A stretch of DNA of 32,000 bases from Planctomycetales bacterium (GCA_022646745.1 CP060262.1:3960001-3992000); one strand, 5' to 3'. Shown: positions 22,952-28,946, counted from the first letter of the stretch. Notes: a model not told the origin generated them from the sequence alone. Translations and numbers: made by a program.

Positions 22952-24013
22952 ATGACTAACAAGGGCAGTAACACAGGTCGGTGGCTGATGGGGGTGATCT
23001 CCGTCGCTGTGGTGGCGGGGATCATCCTGATCGCGGTTCCGATGGTGTTTGGCAACCACCGCCATCCACAGTACCAGGAAACCGAGGTCAAGCAGAATCT
23101 GCATTCGATCCAGCTGGCAATTGAGCGCTATGCGGTGGACAGCGAGGGCAGGTATCCGCAGTGGATCAGCGGCGGCAGTCATGCTCCGGGCAGCCTCGGC
23201 GGACCGGATGCCGCGTACACTGCCGATGTACTGATCATGGAAAGCTACATGCCGAGTTGCCCCGCCAACCCCTTTGCCAGAACTGGACAGGCCAGGAATG
23301 AAACCCGCCGGGCCGTGCGCGAGATGCAGGAACTGCTGAATGACCCGCTGCAGCCAGTCGAAGGGGGCGACCTGTCCGCCCCGGCCTACCGCTTCGGAAA
23401 GGATTACGAGTTGATGGGCAATGTGCTGGCGGATCCGCGCTTCGCCGAAGTGATAGTGGGCACGGACAGCGATGGCAACGCCATCCGGAAGCGGACCGGC
23501 ACGGATGTAATCTACCGCTGCTGGGACACCGAGGCTTTGGACAAACCGCAGTACTGGCTGCAGGGCCAGTTCATGTACAAATCCTTCGGACCGCTGATTG
23601 CAGCAGGCGATGCAGGTGCTGAACCGGACTTTGGCAAACTGCACGCGGACATGTACATGCTCGCCGGCTACGGCAGTGTGCGCACGAAGGGCCAGGATGT
23701 GCTGGGTCCGGAGCAGCAGCTCAGGCCGGAGAGCGGGGCTCAGTCGCAGCTGAGGCTGCTCAATTACACGGGCCTGAGCATCCCGGGCTTCTCCGGGCGG
23801 CAGGCCAGCCCCTTCAGCTTCGGCGGTACGGATGCGGAGCAGCCGCTTGTCAGTTTCGGCAACCCCAATGGAATTACCGACGGACTGATCATGGTGCTGA
23901 CGGCCGGACAGCAGCAGTCGATGGCCCTGCAGGAACGAGAAGCGGATGTGCTTGCAGTGCCGGATGGTGATGTGCTGGAGGAAGGCGCAGAAGCTCAGGG
24001 AGACAATGAGTAA
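22952..24013 (+). CDS. Large GspG-like pilin-domain paralog 4 (degenerate prepilin signal)
   Basis: 353 aa. KGSNTGRWLMGVISVAVVAGIILIAVP, ETEVKQNLHSIQLAIERYAVDSEGRYPQWISGG, YRFGKDYELMGNVLADPRFAEVIVGTD, PQYWLQGQFMYK, GSVRTKGQDVLG, FGNPNGITDGLIMVLT. Confidence 0.72.
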   Translation: MTNKGSNTGRWLMGVISVAVVAGIILIAVPMVFGNHRHPQYQETEVKQNLHSIQLAIERYAVDSEGRYPQWISGGSHAPGSLGGPDAAYTADVLIMESYMPSCPANPFARTGQARNETRRAVREMQELLNDPLQPVEGGDLSAPAYRFGKDYELMGNVLADPRFAEVIVGTDSDGNAIRKRTGTDVIYRCWDTEALDKPQYWLQGQFMYKSFGPLIAAGDAGAEPDFGKLHADMYMLAGYGSVRTKGQDVLGPEQQLRPESGAQSQLRLLNYTGLSIPGFSGRQASPFSFGGTDAEQPLVSFGNPNGITDGLIMVLTAGQQQSMALQEREADVLAVPDGDVLEEGAEAQGDNE

Positions 24014-24120
24014 GAAATCTGGCAACTGCTGACATGGCAGCGATGCGGGTCTGGTTCATATCTCCTGGCTTTGCTGCGGGATGAATGCCCGCAGACCGGC
24101 GAGCTGAATGCTCGCGCTCC

Positions 24121-24168
24121 ATACTGTTTACGGATTACGCTTCACTGTTTACTGTTCATGGTTCACTG
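24121..24168 (+). repeat. About 2.3 imperfect 21-bp phased direct repeats (core ACTGTTTAC / TTCACTG)
   Basis: ACTGTTTAC at 24123-24131 and 24144-24152; TTCACTG at 24141-24147 and 24162-24168. ACTG recurs at exact 21-nt intervals in a locally AT-richer stretch. Confidence 0.5.
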
Positions 24169-24172
24169 ATCC

Positions 24173-24192
24173 CGGCGACAGGAGTGTCGCCG
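24173..24192 (+). terminator. Perfect 8-bp hairpin downstream of paralog 4 (possible terminator or attenuator)
   Basis: CGGCGACA-GGAG-TGTCGCCG followed by a pyrimidine-rich tract. There is no clean U-run. Confidence 0.3.
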
Positions 24193-24195
24193 CTA

Positions 24196-24254
24196 CTTCC
24201 CTCACTTCCCTCACTTCCTCCACTTCTTCGACTTCTTTCACATTTCACTTCCCA
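24196..24254 (+). repeat. Tandem 9-nt repeat array CTTCNNTCA (5 full units plus 2 degenerate)
   Basis: CTTCCCTCA CTTCCCTCA CTTCCTCCA CTTCTTCGA CTTCTTTCA CATTTCA CTTCCCA, head to tail. Confidence 0.6.
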
Positions 24255-24487
24255 GTTGGGAACAAACTCCACGGCGCATGGTCTGACAATCTGCTAAGGG
24301 ACATAATTACCGGTCGGCGCACTGCAAAGGAGGTGGGTCGAACCGCAGGAGCCTTGCGGCTCCAAAGCAACTGGTGGGATAGAGCCGGACGGGTGGCTGG
24401 CAGCAGACCATTATTGCCATTCTTTCCATTCATTCATTCCGACACTGGCAGTACACCGCATACCGCTCATTCCCACACCCGGACAAC

Positions 24488-24537
24488 GGAGGTCAGGCTG
24501 TCAGCCTGGCAGGAGCCAAGTCAACGACTTGGCCTCC
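24488..24537 (+). repeat. 50-nt double-hairpin extragenic element, copy 2
   Basis: GGAGG-TCAGGCT-GTC-AGCCTGG-CAGGA-GCCAAGTC-AAC-GACTTGGC-CTCC. Relative to copy 1, the C-G pair in hairpin 2 has become T-A (a compensatory change). Confidence 0.7.
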
Positions 24538-24689
24538 AGCAACGGAGCCGCGAAGCAAAGCTTCGCAGGCTTTGGTCGAATCCACTCAGCTGCGCCACGC
24601 ATGCGCGTGACTCCGCAACGTGGCTCCCTGCTCCGGGCAACTCCATGCGCGCCAATCAGCGCGCCCAGTACTGTCAACACTGATGCATC

Positions 24690-25838
24690 ATGGAATACTC
24701 TGCAAACACCAACAAGCGTCGCGGCTTCACCCTGATCGAGCTGCTGGTTGTGATCGTGATCATCGGCATCCTCGCCGCGATCGCGCTGCCGAACTACATC
24801 AAGGTCAAGGACAAGGCCAAGGAAGCCGAGGTCAAGGCCAACCTGCACAACATCCAGCTTTCCGTCGAGCGCTGGGCCGTTGACAGTGAAGGCCCCTACC
24901 CGAACTACCTGATCGGCGGCGAGCCGAAGTACGCCGCCCAGGTGATCGAGTCCGCCTCCGCCAGTGCCTTCAACCAGGTGACCGAGATCGACCCGACCGA
25001 GCGCGCCAGCGACCCGCTGCTGCGCCGGGGCTACGTTGATGCCTACCCGAAGAACCCCTTCACCACCAACGGCGTCGCCATCCACCGCGTGCAGGAGACC
25101 CTGCCGACGAGTGCAGTGAACTCCAGCGACCCGCTGCGCAACGGCCAGGGCAACCCCGGTGAGGACTACGGCACGCGCTTTGGCCCCTACTGCACCAGCA
25201 TGGGCTCAGTGCTTGCCGACCCGCGCTATACGCAGTGGATCTACTTCAACCTGGACAACGGCACGCGCAACGTGGAGAACACGTATGCCAACATCGAGTA
25301 CGACTTCTGGGACATGTGGCAGGGCAACAAGCCCTTCCCATACCTGCCCGGCATGTTCTTCTACAAGAGCAGCGGCCCGATCATCGCGGCGGGGAACGAT
25401 GATGCCTCGACGGCACCGATCATCCCGACCCAGAGCGACCAGTACATGCTGGGCGGCTATGGCAGCATCCGTACCAAGGGCAAGGACGTGCTTGGCGAGG
25501 AGGAGCAGGTCATTTACTTCCAGCGCGCCGCAGCCGGTTCCAGCAACTGGCTGGCCGATGCAGATCAGCCTGGACAGCCCTCCACCGGGCCGATGGCGGG
25601 CCCGCCTCCGAATGACGGCGATATCGGCAGCGGAGGCGGCACCGGCAAGGTCGAACTGCGCATCTGGCCCTGGACCCGCAGCCAGAGCGGCGACCCGGAT
25701 GCCCGCAGCGGCAGCCCGTACTCAGTCGGCGATGTGGGGGACAACAACGACCAGCTGCAGTACGGCAATCCGAACGCGATCCGCGATGCGGTGATCCTGG
25801 TGCTTACTGCCGGAGAGGACTACGACGGCGACCGCTAA
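24690..25838 (+). CDS. Large GspG-like prepilin with a canonical class III signal (paralog 5)
   Basis: 382 aa. MEYSANTNKRRG|FTLIELLVVIVIIGILAAIALPNY is the prepilin cleavage/methylation motif with Glu5. Then EAEVKANLHNIQLSVERWAVDSEGPYP, DPLLRRGYVDAYPKNPF, GSIRTKGKDVLG, YGNPNAIRDAVILVLT. Double stop TAATAG. Confidence 0.82.
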   Translation: MEYSANTNKRRGFTLIELLVVIVIIGILAAIALPNYIKVKDKAKEAEVKANLHNIQLSVERWAVDSEGPYPNYLIGGEPKYAAQVIESASASAFNQVTEIDPTERASDPLLRRGYVDAYPKNPFTTNGVAIHRVQETLPTSAVNSSDPLRNGQGNPGEDYGTRFGPYCTSMGSVLADPRYTQWIYFNLDNGTRNVENTYANIEYDFWDMWQGNKPFPYLPGMFFYKSSGPIIAAGNDDASTAPIIPTQSDQYMLGGYGSIRTKGKDVLGEEEQVIYFQRAAAGSSNWLADADQPGQPSTGPMAGPPPNDGDIGSGGGTGKVELRIWPWTRSQSGDPDARSGSPYSVGDVGDNNDQLQYGNPNAIRDAVILVLTAGEDYDGDR

Positions 25839-26131
25839 TAGCGATTCCGGCTGGAATTATGGGGGAGACTCCGGCATTGCGCCGTGAGTCAGAGGGGGCG
25901 CGGCCTGGCGGACGGGTCGCGCCCCTGCCATACAAGCAAAAACCCGCCCAGGCCGGACGGGTGTTTGAGGTAGGGGTTCAATATGAAATGCTACCGTGGC
26001 GTTTTGTACCGGAAGTAAAAGCCAGGTTGAATCCCCGTGAAACGAATTTATCTGCTGTTTCACAATATAATATACCGGCCTTCGTGGTATGAACCCCGAC
26101 TGACGGAATGCAGCCGGAAACCGGCTGGCCC

Positions 26132-26160
26132 TTGCAATTGGGGCCCCTTCGGTATATAAT
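26132..26160 (+). promoter_or_regulatory. Near-consensus sigma70 promoter
   Basis: TTGCAA (26132-26137), 17-nt spacer, TATAAT (26155-26160). The GGGAG SD and the ATG at 26190 follow. Confidence 0.6.
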
Positions 26161-26189
26161 CTCCGGTTCAATCCCCAGGGAGTGAAATT

Positions 26190-26501
26190 ATGGCGACTAC
26201 CAAGAAGACCACGACACGCAGAACGACCGCAGCCAGCAAGAAGACTGAAGGCGAATTCCCGGTGTATGACCCCGGTGCCGGCGCTGACGCATACAAGAAG
26301 GGCGACATCGTCTTCTTCGAGAAGGTGCGCAACTGGCTGGACAAGGGCGCCTTCGTCTCCGCCCACGGCAAGGTGACGAGCGTCGGCAAGTTCGACGGTG
26401 AAGTGCCCTACATCGAAGTCAGCTTCGACCAGGCAAAGAGCAAGAACGACGTGGACCTCGGCAAGGACAAGCGCAAGTTCCTGCTCGAAGTGAAGGGCTG
26501 A
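26190..26501 (+). CDS. Small protein of unknown function (basic T/K-rich N-terminus plus an ~80-aa domain)
   Basis: 103 aa with a strong promoter, an SD and an intrinsic terminator. GC3-rich codons. No family recognised. Confidence 0.65.
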   Translation: MATTKKTTTRRTTAASKKTEGEFPVYDPGAGADAYKKGDIVFFEKVRNWLDKGAFVSAHGKVTSVGKFDGEVPYIEVSFDQAKSKNDVDLGKDKRKFLLEVKG

Positions 26502-26536
26502 TCTCCGCGGGACTTTCCCGCAGAACATGAAGATTG

Positions 26537-26564
26537 AAGGCCGGCCTGCGGGTCGGCCTTTTTT
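26537..26564. terminator. Intrinsic terminator (bidirectional; convergent with the histidine phosphatase gene)
   Basis: AAGGCCGGCC-TGCG-GGTCGGCC followed by TTTTTT. The 26-nt core is the exact reverse complement of the hairpin at 4342-4368. Confidence 0.7.
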
Positions 26565-26573
26565 CATTCCGGC

Positions 26574-27176
26574 TCAGCCGACGTGCACCTTCCACATCTC
26601 GATGCGCTCCCGCTCCTGCATGTCCCAGACATCCACCTCGTCATTGTTCTGGCGGAAGCCCGCAGCGCTTTCCACATCTGAGCGGCCGCTGATCGCGACT
26701 TTCATCGCCATGTTGATCGCCTGGTGTGCCACCACCAGCACATCTCCGTCGATCGCCGACTGCAGTAGCTGGATGAGGTAGGGCTTGACCCGCGCAGCTC
26801 CGTCAAGGATGGATTCCCCTCCCGGAGGTGCCGTGGTGTACTGGCTCTCCCGCCATTTGGTGTATGCACTGCCGTACTCGTCCTGCAACTCTGTCTCCAG
26901 CCGTCCCTCGTAGTCCCCAAAAGAGATCTCCATGAAGCCCGGTTCAGGCTGATATGGGGTATCCGTACCCTGCACGATGATGCGGGCGGTCTCAACGGCG
27001 CGAACCAGCGGGCTCGAACGGGCCAGTGTGAACTTCACGCCGCGCCGATCCAGCTCCTCGCGGATCTGCCAGGCCTGGGCGAAGCCGGTTTCATTGAGGG
27101 GGACGTCGGTCGTGCTCTGGAAGCGCTTGGCACGGTTCCAGTCGGTCTGGCCGTGGCGCACAAGGTAGAGGGCCAT
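26574..27176 (-). CDS. Histidine phosphatase family protein (phosphoglycerate mutase-like)
   Basis: 200 aa. N-terminal LYLVRHGQTDWN (RHG motif), a second His in VVAHQAIN, and SSPLVRAVETA. Confidence 0.8.
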   Translation of the reverse strand: MALYLVRHGQTDWNRAKRFQSTTDVPLNETGFAQAWQIREELDRRGVKFTLARSSPLVRAVETARIIVQGTDTPYQPEPGFMEISFGDYEGRLETELQDEYGSAYTKWRESQYTTAPPGGESILDGAARVKPYLIQLLQSAIDGDVLVVAHQAINMAMKVAISGRSDVESAAGFRQNNDEVDVWDMQERERIEMWKVHVG

Positions 27177-27266
27177 GCATCAATTATCCCACAGCGTGCG
27201 TCATACTTAGCTAGCGCAGGCTCCGGGGTGCGTGCCAGCATCGGCCGGACTGCGCGAATTATAATC

Positions 27267-28946
27267 ATGGCCTTGCTGATAAGCATTACAGCCTGCATCC
27301 TCAGTGCCCTGCTTCTGGCACTGTCGTTCCCCCTCAGCCTGCCCCCGGAACTGATGCAGCCGCTGCCGTCCAGTGGCGTAACGATCCCCGGCTGGCAGGC
27401 TGCCGGCGGTTTCGCACAATTACCATGGCTGGCATTCGTGGCGCTGATTCCGTTTCTGTGGGTGATCCGCCGCAGCCCCTCTCCCGCCGCCGCCGCCGGC
27501 TACGGCTACCTGACTGGTGCATTGTGGCTGCTGTTGCACCTCGACTGGATCGGTTCATTCGGCATCGCGCCGGTGATCATGCTGACCCTGTTCTTCTCAC
27601 TGCCGACGGCACTATTCGCCTGGCTGGGCCAGCGCATCTTCAACGAGCGCAGCGCGGCTTATGCCTGCTGGGGCCTGCCGGCGATCTGGACCGCACTTGA
27701 GTACCTGCGCAGCTTCGGCTTCTGGGCCCTGCCCTGGAACCTGCTGGGTTACAGCCAGACCGCCAGCCTGAAGCTGATCCAGGTTGCCGACCTCGGTGGC
27801 GTGTTCGCCGTCAGCTTCATGGTGATGCTGGCCAACTGTGCGCTGTTTCTGCTATTCAGTGGCCATGGTGGAGGGCAGCGTGCACTGGCCCACAGCCTGC
27901 TCGCTGCCAGCCTGATTTGCGCAGCACTGGGCTATGGCGACTGGCGCATAGGCCAGCTGGAGGACATGCCGCGTGAGCAGCGCATCCAGGTCGCACTGGT
28001 ACAGGGCGGCGTTGACACCAAGGGCCGCTGGAGCGGTGACGAGCTGCAGCGCATGCTCGGGGTGTATGAACCGGCCAGTGAGGAACTGGCGCGCAAATGG
28101 AGTGGGGAGCGCACCGAGGAACGCCGCGCGCAATTCGAGGACAGTGCCGACAGCGATGGCTTCGTGGCCGACTACACCGGCCCGCTGGATGAGCCGCAGC
28201 TGCTGCTGGTCTGGCCGGAGTCCTGTATCCCGAAGCGCGTGGAGCCGGCGCATCCGGACGACCTGCCGCTCGGGATCTGGAACATCGTCGAAAGCAATGA
28301 GAACACGACGCTTTTGATGGGCGCACTGTCCAACCCACACAATGAGGATGACTGGGAGAACACTGCAGTGCTGGTCAGGCCTGACCATGTGATCGAATGG
28401 GCCTACAGCAAGGTGCGGCTTGTGGCATACGGCGAGGTGGTGCCTTTTCGCGGCATCGTCAAGTTCCTCGACTACCCCTGGGGCAGCCGCGACCTGACCG
28501 GCGGGCGGGATACCGCCAGCTTTGAGCTGCGTGGGGTGCAGGTCAGCCCGATGGTCTGCTTTGACAACATCTTCAGCTTCCTGTTCATGCGCGAGGCCCG
28601 CCGCGGCAGCGACATGTTCCTCTTGATCACCAACAACTCCTGGTACGACCTCAAGAACGGCATCCGCCAGCACGCGGACATCGACGTGCTGCGCGCCGTG
28701 GAGCACCGCCGCCCGCTGGCCCGCGTCAGCACCACCGGCTGGAGCCACTTCATCGAGCCGAGCGGCCGCATCAGCCAGCAGAGCAACACTGATGAACTGG
28801 CAACGCTCACGCAGTGGGAGGGACGCAGCAGCATCCACTCCTGGTACACCAGGCTTGGCGATCTGTTCGCCCAGCTCTGCGTGCTGGCCAGCATCCTGCT
28901 CGGCCTCAAGCTGGTGTTCGCGCACCGCAGCGAGGGCTGGCTGTGA
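27267..28946 (+). CDS. lnt: Apolipoprotein N-acyltransferase
   Basis: ATG at 27267; the longer track ORF from 27153 would overlap the divergent gene. N-terminal polytopic domain plus CN-hydrolase domain with Glu (LLVWPES), Lys (YSKVRLVAYGEVVPF) and Cys (PMVCFDNIF). Confidence 0.87.
   Translation: MALLISITACILSALLLALSFPLSLPPELMQPLPSSGVTIPGWQAAGGFAQLPWLAFVALIPFLWVIRRSPSPAAAAGYGYLTGALWLLLHLDWIGSFGIAPVIMLTLFFSLPTALFAWLGQRIFNERSAAYACWGLPAIWTALEYLRSFGFWALPWNLLGYSQTASLKLIQVADLGGVFAVSFMVMLANCALFLLFSGHGGGQRALAHSLLAASLICAALGYGDWRIGQLEDMPREQRIQVALVQGGVDTKGRWSGDELQRMLGVYEPASEELARKWSGERTEERRAQFEDSADSDGFVADYTGPLDEPQLLLVWPESCIPKRVEPAHPDDLPLGIWNIVESNENTTLLMGALSNPHNEDDWENTAVLVRPDHVIEWAYSKVRLVAYGEVVPFRGIVKFLDYPWGSRDLTGGRDTASFELRGVQVSPMVCFDNIFSFLFMREARRGSDMFLLITNNSWYDLKNGIRQHADIDVLRAVEHRRPLARVSTTGWSHFIEPSGRISQQSNTDELATLTQWEGRSSIHSWYTRLGDLFAQLCVLASILLGLKLVFAHRSEGWL

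Noticed and set aside
22904-24025. 373-aa minus-strand ORF
   Set aside because: Antisense to pilin-like paralog 4. The plus-strand product shares a long motif series with four neighbouring paralogs; the minus-strand product has no such support.
24196-24254. CRISPR array, or any CRISPR, transposon, integrase or other mobile-element signature in the window
   Set aside because: The only tandem repeats are 9-nt units with no spacers. I saw no repeat-spacer architecture, transposase, integrase or terminal inverted repeats anywhere.
24310-24410. Possible known riboswitch (c-di-GMP-I/II, cobalamin) in the leader of the pilin-like gene
   Set aside because: Only loose word resemblance (GCACTGCAAAGG, CCAAAGC). 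The GNRA tetraloop/receptor arrangement and conserved cores that I remember for these classes are absent. It needs a covariance-model scan, so it is kept only as 'structured leader' in the findings.
24574-24583. tRNA T-loop-like strings: GGTCGAATCC here followed by ...GCGCCA, and GGTTCAATCCCC at 26165
   Set aside because: I could not build complementary T-stems, an acceptor stem or an anticodon arm around them. I could find no cloverleaf, so I do not call a tRNA or tRNA remnant.
24108-24683. 191-aa plus-strand ORF (and 24085-24297) filling the P4-P5 spacer; I also asked whether it is a decayed sixth paralog
   Set aside because: The translation is low-complexity (SLTSLTSSTSSTS..., HTAHSHTRTT). 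There is no SD, codon usage is not GC3-biased, and no family motif (NLH.IQLA, YGNPN etc.) appears in any frame that I could see. Treated as non-coding.
19885-25838. Neisseria pilE/pilS-style antigenic variation (one expressed pilin plus silent cassettes)
   Set aside because: P1-P4 are complete ORFs with start codons, SD-like sequences or translational coupling, and intact N-terminal helices. They are not promoterless 5'-truncated cassettes. The conversion-like tract is between P3 and P4, not into P5.
25857-26567. 236-aa minus-strand ORF
   Set aside because: It spans an intergenic region and runs antisense to the well-signalled 26190-26501 gene. No start context and an implausible composition.
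27260-27265. TATAAT immediately upstream of the lnt ATG as a leaderless promoter
   Set aside because: Only 1 nt separates the hexamer from the ATG, which is too close for a TSS at the start codon. The conserved Lnt N-terminal helix requires this start or an earlier one.
27852-28925. 357-aa minus-strand ORF
   Set aside because: Antisense to lnt, which has the Glu/Lys/Cys CN-hydrolase triad. A shadow ORF.
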